DNA of 64,000 nucleotides from Nitrospirota bacterium (GTDB taxonomy: Bacteria > Nitrospirota > UBA9217). The position numbers were made by a program, and so were the translations under genes. The notes beneath the pieces are model-generated. The model ran no database searches. It saw nothing but the letters and a program-made list of their open reading frames with translations, and was not told the origin of the DNA. Positions 20,638 to 29,939 of this stretch are shown piece by piece; position 1 is the stretch's first letter; the number at the start of each line of letters is the position of its first letter. The DNA is taken from assembly GCA_963840455.1 (NCBI GenBank), contig CAWIYV010000011.1:544001-608000 (forward strand), in the 5' to 3' direction.

Positions 20638-21146
20638 AGCCCCGGATGTATTTCATCGTTCTCCTGCTGCTCCTCCCGCTCCAGGCAAGCCTGTTCGGCC
20701 CCCTCCCCCTTGGCAGCATCACACCTGACCTGGGACTTGCCGTCCTCTACTGCATCGGGCTGTTGACCGGCCCGGTGGAAGCGGCCCTTGCCGGCGTTGC
20801 AATCGGCCTTTTGCAGGACGTGGGCTCGGCAAGCCTCATCGGGTTCTCCGGTCTCACCCGAGGGGTCGTGGGGCTCTTCGCGGGATTCCTGGGGAAGCGT
20901 GTCCTTGACCTCCAGAGCTCGTCGAACATCTTTTTTCTCGTCGGCTTCTGCCTTGCCGAATCGCTCTTCTCCGCGCTGTTCCTGGAGATCACCTACGGAT
21001 CGGTCCCGCTCGTGGGCCTCTTCTTCGGCCACATGGTCCCCCGTGCGGTCACCACGGCCCTGGTCGGATACGCGTTCCTGCGGCTCATGACCGGCAAGAA
21101 CGTCCTTACATGGATGCTGCGGCGCGAGCTGCAGAAGGAGCTTTAG
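20634..21146 (+). CDS. mreD: Rod shape-determining protein MreD
   Basis: Hydrophobic 170 aa with PDL and GLLQD; ATGA overlap with mreC. Confidence 0.9.
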   Translation: MKPRMYFIVLLLLLPLQASLFGPLPLGSITPDLGLAVLYCIGLLTGPVEAALAGVAIGLLQDVGSASLIGFSGLTRGVVGLFAGFLGKRVLDLQSSSNIFFLVGFCLAESLFSALFLEITYGSVPLVGLFFGHMVPRAVTTALVGYAFLRLMTGKNVLTWMLRRELQKEL

Positions 21147-22955
21147 ATGCAGCAGGACAGCCCCATCGACATCCAGAAACGGCTGCCACTCCTCGCGGCC
21201 TTCATCGTCCTGTTCGCCGTCGTCCTTTTCTTCCGGCTGTGGTTCCTCCAGGTCGTGAAAGGAGCGACGTACCAGGAACTCGCTGAAAGCAACCGCATCC
21301 GTCCCATAAAGCTCCGGCCGCCGCGCGGCATCATCTACGACCGGAACGGCAGACCCATGGTGGAGAATGTCCTCACCTTCGATGTTTCCCTGGTGCCGGA
21401 GGATGCGGCTTCCCTCGAGGACTCCATCGCTCGGCTCGCGCCCATCGTCCGCATGAAGCCCGAGGCGATCCAGAAGGCGCTCGATGACGCTGAGGCCGTG
21501 CGCAACAAGTACGAACCGGTGAAGATCGTCGAGGAAGCGCCCTGGGAAGAGGTGGCGGCCGTGGAGGCACGGCAGGACGATCTTCCCGGCGTCATCGTTG
21601 AACCCGAACACCGCAGGTATTATCCATACGGCGGTATGGCATCGCACCAGTTCGGCTACATCGGCAAGGTGAGCCAGGTCCAGAAGAAGCAGGAGCAGGC
21701 GGACACCGGACTGCTCATTGGCCAGGGAGGGCTCGAGAAGGTCTACGACAGGCTCCTGCGGGGCACGGCCGGCAGGCGCATGATCCAGGTGAACGCCGCG
21801 GGCATGAAGGTGAAGGACCTGGGCATTGACGAGCCGAAGCCGGGAACCGACCTTTACCTCACCCTGGACCTCGATGTCCAGCGCGCGGCCGAAGAGGCGC
21901 TCGGTGACCGCGCCGGTGCCGTTGTGGCTATGGACCCGAACTCCGGCGAGGTCCTGGCGCTCGTGAGCCACCCCACCTATGATCCGAACCTTTTTCCGCG
22001 GGGCATTTCGCCCAAGGACTGGGTGAAGCTCTCGAACGATCCCTCGCACCCCCTTTACAACCGTGCGGTCCAGAGCGTATATCCGCCCGGCTCCACGTTC
22101 AAGGTCGTGGTTTCCCTTGCGGGACTCGATTCCGGCAAGATCGACCCCCATGACACGGTCACCTGCAACGGCTCCCTCCGCACGGGCCGCAAGGTCTTCC
22201 GGTGCTGGAAGAGGGGCGGCCACGGCGTCGTTGATTTTCACAAGGCGCTCGTGGAGTCCTGCGACGTCTATTTCTACACCATGGGCGACCGCATGGGCTT
22301 TGACCATGTCGCGCAGTACGCCAGAAAGCTGGGTCTGGGGAGCAAAACGGATATCGTCCTGGCGGATGAGAAGCCCGGCCTCGTCCCGACCGCCGCATGG
22401 AAGCGGGAAAAGGTCCATGAGCCCTGGTATCCCGCCGACAATTTCATGAATGCCATCGGCCAGGGATTCCTGCAGGTAAGCCCCATCCAGGCGGCCCAGT
22501 TGATCGGCGCCGTGGCGAACGGCGGCGTGTTCTACCAGCCCCTGCTGCTGAAACGGACAAGGAACCGGGAGACCGGCGCCGAGAAGGTCTTCGCGCCCAT
22601 AGAGAAGCGGCGGGAGGTCTTCGCGCCCGAGGCGCTCGAGGAGGTGCGAAGCGCGCTGCTCGGCGTCACATCCGAGGCGGGAGGCACCGCCCACGGTGCT
22701 GCGACGCCGCTCGCGCCGGTCGCCGGCAAGACCGGTACGGCACAGGTCATCGCCCAGAAGGTCCCGGGCACCAAGCTCACGGAATCAACGCAGGACCACG
22801 CCTGGTTCATAGGATATGCCCCCGCGAAGGACCCGAAGATCGCCGTGGCCGTCTTGGTGGAGCACGGGGGACACGGCGGAGCAGCGGCCGCACCGGTGGC
22901 GCGGAAGGTCATCGAGGAGTATTTACTACATGCTGGAACGAAGACTGCTCAGTAA
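21147..22955 (+). CDS. mrdA: Penicillin-binding protein 2
   Basis: PPRGIIYDRNG, YPPGSTFK (SxxK), SCD (SxD), KTGTAQ. Confidence 0.96.
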   Translation: MQQDSPIDIQKRLPLLAAFIVLFAVVLFFRLWFLQVVKGATYQELAESNRIRPIKLRPPRGIIYDRNGRPMVENVLTFDVSLVPEDAASLEDSIARLAPIVRMKPEAIQKALDDAEAVRNKYEPVKIVEEAPWEEVAAVEARQDDLPGVIVEPEHRRYYPYGGMASHQFGYIGKVSQVQKKQEQADTGLLIGQGGLEKVYDRLLRGTAGRRMIQVNAAGMKVKDLGIDEPKPGTDLYLTLDLDVQRAAEEALGDRAGAVVAMDPNSGEVLALVSHPTYDPNLFPRGISPKDWVKLSNDPSHPLYNRAVQSVYPPGSTFKVVVSLAGLDSGKIDPHDTVTCNGSLRTGRKVFRCWKRGGHGVVDFHKALVESCDVYFYTMGDRMGFDHVAQYARKLGLGSKTDIVLADEKPGLVPTAAWKREKVHEPWYPADNFMNAIGQGFLQVSPIQAAQLIGAVANGGVFYQPLLLKRTRNRETGAEKVFAPIEKRREVFAPEALEEVRSALLGVTSEAGGTAHGAATPLAPVAGKTGTAQVIAQKVPGTKLTESTQDHAWFIGYAPAKDPKIAVAVLVEHGGHGGAAAAPVARKVIEEYLLHAGTKTAQ

Positions 22956-24060
22956 CGTGCCCTGGGGCATGGTGGCCCTCATCATCGGTATCGCCATGAT
23001 GGGGCTCGCGGCGGTGTACAGCGCCACCTATACCGCGCACGGTCCTTCATCGCTTTTCACCAAGCAGATCATCTGGGTCTGCCTCGGCATCACGGTCATG
23101 TTCGCCGCGCTCATCCCGGACTACCACACCGTGGGCCGTTACGCCTACATCCTCTATGCGCTCTCCCTGATCTTCCTGCTCCTCGTGGCCTTCGTGGGCA
23201 AGACCGGCATGGGAGCCCAGCGCTGGCTCCCCATCGGCTCCTTTGCGTTCCAGCCCTCGGAGTTCGCAAAGCTGTCGCTTGTCCTCGCGCTGACCCGGTA
23301 TTTCGCCGAGGACCCGAAACAGGGCGGGTACGAGCTCAAGGACCTGCTCGTGCCAGGGGTCATGCTCCTCGTCCCGCTTGTGCTCGTCATGAAGCAGCCG
23401 GACCTCGGCACAGCCCTCATGCTTGTCTTCACCTCGTCGCTCATCGTCATCCTGGCCGGGATCCGGTTCAAGACCGTGATGACCATTGTCGTCCTTGGCG
23501 CGGTCGTGGCGTCGGCGGTATTCCTGGTCCCGCCCGTGCGCCACAAGATCTGGAAATCGCTCAAACCCTACCAGCAGAAGCGCATCACCGCCTTCATCGA
23601 CCCGTCCTCGGACCCCTTGGGGAGCGGCTATCACGCCACGCAGGCCAAGATCGCCGTTGGCTCGGGCCAGACCACGGGCAAGGGCTTCCGCAGGGGCACC
23701 CAGAGCCAGATGGCATTCCTGCCCGAGCGCCACACGGACTTCATCTTCGCGGTCATCGCCGAAGAACGGGGGTTCATCGGATCAAGCTTCCTCATCGTGC
23801 TGTACGTCATTCTGCTCCTGGTGGGAGTGGACGCTGCCAAGAGCGCCAAGGACAAGATGGGCACGCTCATGGCGGGCGGCATCGTGTCCATGCTCACGCT
23901 CTACGTCTTCATCAATATCGGCATGGCCGCGGGCATCCTTCCGGTCGTGGGCGTGCCGCTCCCCCTGGTAAGCTACGGCGGCACGTCCATCATCACCACC
24001 TTCCTCGCCATCGGATTGCTCTTGAACATCCGTTCGCGCCGGTTTATGCTGTTCTACTAA
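22930..24060 (+). CDS. rodA: Rod shape-determining protein RodA (SEDS)
   Basis: GAQRW, FQPSEFAK, QPDLGT, FLPERHTDFIF, LPLVSYGGTS. Confidence 0.95.
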   Translation: MLERRLLSNVPWGMVALIIGIAMMGLAAVYSATYTAHGPSSLFTKQIIWVCLGITVMFAALIPDYHTVGRYAYILYALSLIFLLLVAFVGKTGMGAQRWLPIGSFAFQPSEFAKLSLVLALTRYFAEDPKQGGYELKDLLVPGVMLLVPLVLVMKQPDLGTALMLVFTSSLIVILAGIRFKTVMTIVVLGAVVASAVFLVPPVRHKIWKSLKPYQQKRITAFIDPSSDPLGSGYHATQAKIAVGSGQTTGKGFRRGTQSQMAFLPERHTDFIFAVIAEERGFIGSSFLIVLYVILLLVGVDAAKSAKDKMGTLMAGGIVSMLTLYVFINIGMAAGILPVVGVPLPLVSYGGTSIITTFLAIGLLLNIRSRRFMLFY

Positions 24061-24138
24061 AACAGAGGATCAAGGGGCATGGGTCCAGGGTCACGGCACG
24101 GCACTTCATGACCCCTGACCCGCACTTGAGGTCTTTCC

Positions 24139-26630
24139 ATGTACGAAGATTTTCTCCCGCTCGTCAGCAAACCGGCCCGGTACATCGACTCCGAGGTCAA
24201 CGCAGTGCACAAGGACCCCGGGTCTATGCGGACGAAGGTCTGTCTCCTCTTCCCCGACACCTACGAGGTCGGCATGTCGCACCTCGGCCTGCGCATCCTG
24301 TACGATATCATCAACAAACGGCCGGACGCCGTCTGCGAGCGCGTGTTCTCGCCCTGGACCGATTACGAGGCGAAGCTCCGCGCGTCGGGCCGCCCCCTCC
24401 GGAGCCTGGAGTCGAACCTCCCGGTCAGGGAGTTCGACATCGTCGGCGTGACGCTCCAGTACGAACTCTCGTATTCCAATATCCTGACCGCCCTCGACCT
24501 ATCGCACATCCCTCGACGATCCATGGACCGGAACGACAGCCATCCGGTCATCGTGGCCGGCGGTCCGTGCAGTGTGAATCCCGAGCCGCTTGCGGATTTC
24601 ATCGACGTCTTCTTCATCGGCGAGGCCGAGGAGGCGGTGAATGAGCTCATCGAACTGAAACAGGAACACGGGGCACGTCAGCTATTCTTCGAGGCCCTGG
24701 CAAAACGGACAGGCTTTTATGTTCCCGTCGCTGGGAAAGACCGCTGTCCGCCGCCGGTTTCTCACGAGCATCGATGCCGCGCCCTATCCTGCAAAGCCCC
24801 TCGTGCCACTGATGAAGCCCATCCATGACCGGGTCACGGTCGAAGTGGCGCGCGGCTGCATCCGCGGCTGCCGCTTCTGCCAGGCAGGCATCATCTACCG
24901 GCCCTACCGCGAGCGGCGCCCGGAAACGGTGAAGGACCTCCTGCACGGGTCGCTCGCATGCACGGGGTACGAAGAGCTCTCCCTCGCCTCCCTGAGCACC
25001 GGCGACTACTCGGACATCGAACCGCTCATCACCGGACTGATGAAGACCTATAAGGACAGCCGCGTCTCGGTCTCGCTCCCCTCGCTCCGCGTCGGCACGC
25101 TCACGCCCGCCATGATCGAGGCCATTGCCGGGACCAGGAAGACCGGGTTCACTCTGGCGCCTGAGGCAGGGACCGAGCGGCTGCGCCGGGTGATCAACAA
25201 GCCCGTGACCGACATGGATCTCATGGACGCGGCAGAGACCATCTTCGCGAACGGCTGGAGCACGCTCAAGCTCTACTTCATGATCGGCCTGCCCACGGAG
25301 ACCGACGAGGACCTCGACGGCATCATCCGGCTGGCAAACGAGCTCTTTGCCAGGGGCAGGCGTTCTTCGAAGCGCCATGTACAGCTCAACGTCAGCGTCT
25401 CGACCTTCGTTCCCAAGCCACACACGCCCTTCCAGTGGCTGGGCCAGGCGCCCATCGAGGAGGTCCGCAGAAAACAGGCATACCTTGCCCAACGGCTCCG
25501 TAAACGCGGCATCGTGCTCAAGGTCCACGACCCCGAGACGAGCCAGCTTGAAAGCGCCTTTGCCCGTGGCGACGCGTCGCTCGGGAGGGTGATCGAGAAG
25601 GCCGTTGACCTCGGCTGCCGCTTCGACGGCTGGACGGAGTCCTTCGACTATCAGAAATGGACCGAGGCCTTTGCAGCATGCGGCATCGATCTCCGCAGCC
25701 TGTGCCGGCAGGACGTTCGATCTTTCGGAAGCGCTGCCCTGGGGCCACATCAAGAGCGGCGTGACCACGGAATTTCTCCGAAAGGAATACCGGCGCGCCA
25801 TGGAGGCAACGGTCACGGAGAACTGCCGGACCGAGTGCGAACATTGCGGCATAGGGTGCAAGGACGGCGGAACGCTCGGGCTCGGCAAGCCTGCTGCACC
25901 TGCCCGAGGAGAACGAGAGGCTGCTCCGCTGCCTGCGGAGAAGCTGTCCTCTGCCCCTCCGGAGATCACAACGCGCATCAGGATGAAGTTCTCTCGCCTC
26001 GGCCGCATCCGCTTTCTGTCCCATCTCGACTTCATGACCCTGTTCCACCGGACAACGGTCCGCGCAGGAGTGCCCGTCGCCTTCTCCCAGGGCTTCAACC
26101 CCCACCCGAAGATAGCATTCGGTCCTGCCCTGTCCGTGGGCATGGAGAGCGTGGCCGAGTTCCTCGATATGGAGACCGATCCATTCATTGACCTGATGCA
26201 GGTGACAAAGTCGTTAAACAGCGCCCTGCCCGATGGCGTCAGGGTCCTGGAGGCCCGGATCATTCCGAAGCAAGCAGGGTCGCTTTCCGGCAGCATCGGC
26301 AGATACCTCTACGAGGTCAACGTGCCTGCCGACCGGACAGCGGATGTTGAAGAGCGGATCATCGTATTCCTGGAGCGTGATGCAGTGATCGTGGAAAAGG
26401 ACGGCAAGCAGAAGGACATCAGGCCGGGGATCGAGGCGATCGCGGTCAAAGGACCTGCCCAGCTCGAGATAACGATCCAGGACTCGGAAATGGTCAAGCC
26501 CCGCATCCAGGATGTCATCGAGAAGCTTTTCGATATCGGCCACGATCAGGCCGTGCTGTTCAACATCAAGCGGACAGCCATGTTCGTGAAGGAGAACGGG
26601 ACCTGGCAGAGCCCGATGGATGCGACGTAA
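24139..26630 (+). pseudogene. TIGR03960-type radical SAM protein fused to a TIGR03936/DUF2344-like domain, split by two +1 frameshifts (possibly sequencing errors)
   Basis: FPDTYEVGMSHLG; CIRGCRFCQAG CxxxCxxC; C-terminal RFLSHLD..FSQGFNPHPK. Removing one C near 24725 and one near 25693 joins the three ORFs. Confidence 0.85.
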
Positions 26631-26678
26631 GAACCACCGAATAGCCACAGAGGCACGGAGAATGGCAAGTTCATTTTC

Positions 26679-26778
26679 ACCGCCAGGGCGCACAGGTCGC
26701 GAAGAATAATCTTTAATTCTTTGTTTTAATACAGGAACAATTAATTGCCTTCCTTGGCGTACTTCGCGCCTTTGCGGT
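26679..26778. repeat. Intergenic imperfect inverted-repeat element (sister copy at 35390-35487)
   Basis: ACCGCCAGGGCGCACAGGTCGCGAAG, AT-rich spacer, CTTGGCGTACTTCGCGCCTTTGCGGT. Confidence 0.65.
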
Positions 26779-26980
26779 TCCAAGGTTTTAGTTCCGGCCT
26801 GTCCGGGTTCGGTCGATTATCCAAAGAGTATCGCAGTTATCCAGTCTTATACTCCTTTCTTCGTAACCACCTTGTCCTCTCTGTTTTTTCATTCCGCAAT
26901 CATTGCTCCACACTCCTCATTCACTAATCCGGTGCTATTTTTTCAGTAGAAAGAGATTCCGAAGAAAGGAGGCGAGCACT

Positions 26981-27231
26981 ATGAAGCGGCCCGTCAAGAA
27001 AAGCGGAACAAGCCGGAACGGGAAACACTGACCGAGGCCTACGAGGTGAGGGCGTTCAGGGATGAGTCAGAGGTGCCCAAGGTTATGGAAGCAGCCCTAC
27101 CCGAAGTCCCGCCTGCAGAGCCGGGTGCGCTGCAGGCCATTAAGAAGACGGCCAAGGGACATGGCGAGCAGACGGTCCTGCCTGATGACTGCCAGTTCGG
27201 CGACAATGACCTGTGCTATGTAGATGCGTAA
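26981..27231 (+). CDS. Small hypothetical protein (about 83 aa) with an apparent one-base deletion in an A-run
   Basis: AGGAGG RBS and ATG 26981; adding one A near 26999 gives MKRPVKKKRNKPERETLTEAYEVRAF... in frame with ORF 27046-27231. Confidence 0.5.
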
Positions 27232-27362
27232 GGCAGCGTGAGCTGTGATCGTTTAAGGCGGGGTTCGTTAGAAGGTGAAGGTGTGTCTATGGCATTATTA
27301 TTTCCCACTACAATATAGATCAAATAATCTTAACACCTATCTACTGACTACTTCATGAAATA

Positions 27363-27474
27363 TTGAAGCTCCCTAAGCTGCAGGGAATCTTCGATCCTCA
27401 AGATAGAACTATTTATTCTAATCGCTCGCTAACCCCGCAGCAAGCTACGGGGAATGCGCTCGCTCCTGGATTCA
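27363..27474 (+). mobile_element. Third copy of the 110-bp palindromic miniature element
   Basis: TTGAAGCTCCC...CTTCGATCCTCAAG...ATCGCTCGCTAACCCCGCAGCAAGCTACGGGGAATGCGCTCGCTCCTGGATTCA, the reverse complement of the 17755-17981 units. Confidence 0.75.
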
Positions 27475-27536
27475 CCTGAGGGCGACTTTTATGCGTGTAA
27501 TCAACAGGAAGAAATCAACGTTATGATGTTGGTCTT

Positions 27537-28283
27537 TTACCGGTCGATTGTCCCACGTTCAAGTACCGTGGAGAAATGCGTGTCGACCGAGAGGTCGGAT
27601 TTCAGGACTTCCTTTCGCAAATTCCTGAAAGTCCTCTTCGGCCAGTCCTCAAGGAAAAAATTAACGAGCCATTTCGGAATCCACCCTTTTGGATCGCAAA
27701 GGAACGCGGCATCGATCCTGGTCGCCCTATCGTTATCGATAGAGCTCAGGATAAAGGTCATGTCGATCACTTCGCCACGGATATAGTCGGTACGCGGAGC
27801 AGAGGGATCGTCTGTTGACTGATAGTGAAAAACCATCTGTTTCTTGGGCAGATCGACGCTCATGGTAATTTTCGATACAAAATCACGCTCGTTCATGAAG
27901 AATGGCATTTCAATATGGTCATACTCAATGAAATTGTCCTTGTCTTCCCAACGGAGGAGTCTGGAGTCGACAAGGCCCTCTACCCATTCCCGCCGCCTGT
28001 CAGTATCAAAGATGACCGTCGCTACTAAGGGCAATGGTGCTTCGACATCGCCGATACCCCGAAACGCAATCAGTCCGCTGCCGCTTCCTTCTTTCCTAAA
28101 GATCTGAATTCCGTCGGTCGTATTGTCAACAGATTGCCATTCAGACGCATGGCTTAGATGCGCTAAGAGCACAAAAAGTACGATAGATAACCCTACCATC
28201 CGTCCAAAGCGACGACGAGAATCGCTCTGAGAGAATTCTCGAGGTACTCCCCATTTTAGATGATTATGGTCACACATTTTCAT
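27537..28283 (-). CDS. Exported START-domain (lipid-binding) protein
   Basis: Signal peptide then WQxV..DGIQIF, RREW, PFFMNERDFV, DPKGWIPKWLVN; start uncertain. Confidence 0.85.
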   Translation of the reverse strand: MKMCDHNHLKWGVPREFSQSDSRRRFGRMVGLSIVLFVLLAHLSHASEWQSVDNTTDGIQIFRKEGSGSGLIAFRGIGDVEAPLPLVATVIFDTDRRREWVEGLVDSRLLRWEDKDNFIEYDHIEMPFFMNERDFVSKITMSVDLPKKQMVFHYQSTDDPSAPRTDYIRGEVIDMTFILSSIDNDRATRIDAAFLCDPKGWIPKWLVNFFLEDWPKRTFRNLRKEVLKSDLSVDTHFSTVLERGTIDR

Positions 28284-28430
28284 GCATTATTGTCTTTTCT
28301 TGCTTTCGAATAAGTCGGGGGCTACCAAACTCGGCTTGTAACGTTATAATGCTCAATGGAGGAAAACTACAGCTGCTTCAGAAAGTAGTCTATGGTTTTC
28401 CATTCGAGCCGTCAACTGTCAATTATTCCA

Positions 28431-28958
28431 TCAGGGCTTCTTTTGTAACGCACCCCTTGCCCACTCGTCGATCCGCACTGCCCGATAGCGGAAAATATCC
28501 TCGAGCTGCCTCCTGACCGCGATTGCATGGACCACGTCGCCGAGAGGCCCGAAGGGCAATCGGTAGGAGACCGTGTCGCGCATGAGCGTGCCGCCGTCCG
28601 TTTCTTCGAACGTGTGGAGATGGCTCCAGGAACGGTATGGCCCGACAAGCTGCACGTCCGTGAACTGCTCGGGCGGCTTGTAGCCGATGATCCTGCTCTT
28701 CCAGGGCATGGGGATGCCGAACCATCGGATAGTATAGTCGAACTCGGCGTCCTCGTACATCTCGGTCTTCGAGTTTTTGTCCTTCATCACGAATCTGAGC
28801 CAGTGTGGTGTGATATCGAAGAGGTTCCGCGGGTCCTCGAAGAAGAGGAACGTTTCCCTCCGAGGTAAGGGCAGGACCTGCGACGCCGAGATCCGGTGGG
28901 TGGAACGGTCCGGACGGTCGAAATTGAGGGCGAACGTTGGTGGAAATATGTTTAGCAT
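28431..28958 (-). CDS. SRPBCC family protein
   Basis: FFEDPRNLxxITP, FTDVQLVGPYRSWSHLHTF, MRDTVxYxLPFG, IFRYR. Confidence 0.85.
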   Translation of the reverse strand: MLNIFPPTFALNFDRPDRSTHRISASQVLPLPRRETFLFFEDPRNLFDITPHWLRFVMKDKNSKTEMYEDAEFDYTIRWFGIPMPWKSRIIGYKPPEQFTDVQLVGPYRSWSHLHTFEETDGGTLMRDTVSYRLPFGPLGDVVHAIAVRRQLEDIFRYRAVRIDEWARGALQKKP

Positions 28959-29032
28959 GGAGAAAATAGCCGCTGGTGATTGAGATCTCAAGCCGAACCC
29001 TTCATTACTAAATCTCTCATTACTCGATCGCG

Positions 29033-29701
29033 TTACTTGATCTTCTGGATATTCTCCGCCGAGTCGTTCTTCGGCGAGTTCACCCTGGTCGACACCTCAT
29101 ACAATTCCAGCTCTTTGTCCGGGTAGGGCTTGAGCATTTGCAGGAGCTTCTCTTTCTCATGAACACCCGGGGCCAGCCAGAGGCCTGTCTCATCCATGGG
29201 AAGGATGACCGGCATTCGGTCGTGGATGGGCTTCAAGGACTCATTCGCGTCAGTCGTGATGATGGTGCTGGTGCAGACCTGCTCGCCCTCGGGCGAGGTC
29301 CAGAGGTTGTACAGGCCGGCCATGCCGAAGGGCTTGCCGCTCTTCAGGTGCACATAGACGGGCTTCTTCTTCCCGCCCTCGTTCTTCCATTCATAGAACC
29401 CGTCGGCAACGACGAGGCACCGGTGCCTGCTGAAGGCCTGCTGGAAGCTCGGCTTCTCAGCAACGGTCTCCGACCGGGCGTTGATCATCTTGTAGCCATC
29501 GTTCAGCTCCTTGCACCAGGACGGCACGAACCCCCAGTGGCAGGTCACGAGCCGGTTCGTCCCGCCCTCGTTCACGACGATGGCGATGTCCTGGCCGGGC
29601 GCGATGTTGTAGCTCGCCGGAAAGGCGCTCACACCCCCGGTGAGACCGAAGATCTGGGCGATGATCTCAAAGGCACTATGCAGTTCGAACCGTCCGCACA
29701 T
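29033..29701 (-). CDS. SOS response-associated peptidase (SRAP, YedK/HMCES family)
   Basis: N-terminal MCGRF, YNIAP, INARSET, GFYEW, IHDRMPVIL. Confidence 0.95.
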   Translation of the reverse strand: MCGRFELHSAFEIIAQIFGLTGGVSAFPASYNIAPGQDIAIVVNEGGTNRLVTCHWGFVPSWCKELNDGYKMINARSETVAEKPSFQQAFSRHRCLVVADGFYEWKNEGGKKKPVYVHLKSGKPFGMAGLYNLWTSPEGEQVCTSTIITTDANESLKPIHDRMPVILPMDETGLWLAPGVHEKEKLLQMLKPYPDKELELYEVSTRVNSPKNDSAENIQKIK

Positions 29702-29939
29702 GAAGGTACCTCAATGATACCGTCGCCATCAAAAACTCTCTCCATAGAGAACACAGAGTGCACAGAGAACGGCAAGTTTCTGTTCTGAGGGCAACTGCCT
29801 TGTTACCAAATTTTTTCACATCAACCAAAAGCTGCGCATCTGCGCGGACAAAGCTTCGTTGTTCCGCTTCTCACATCCGCGTCTTCTGTCCTTGTCTCTT
29901 GGCCCCTCGACTCTGTACCCTAGACCCTTGCCCCTCCTT

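Noticed and set aside
24719-25712. Programmed ribosomal frameshifting in the radical SAM gene
   Set aside because: No slippery heptamer or stimulatory structure seen; single extra bases in short C-runs are better explained as errors.
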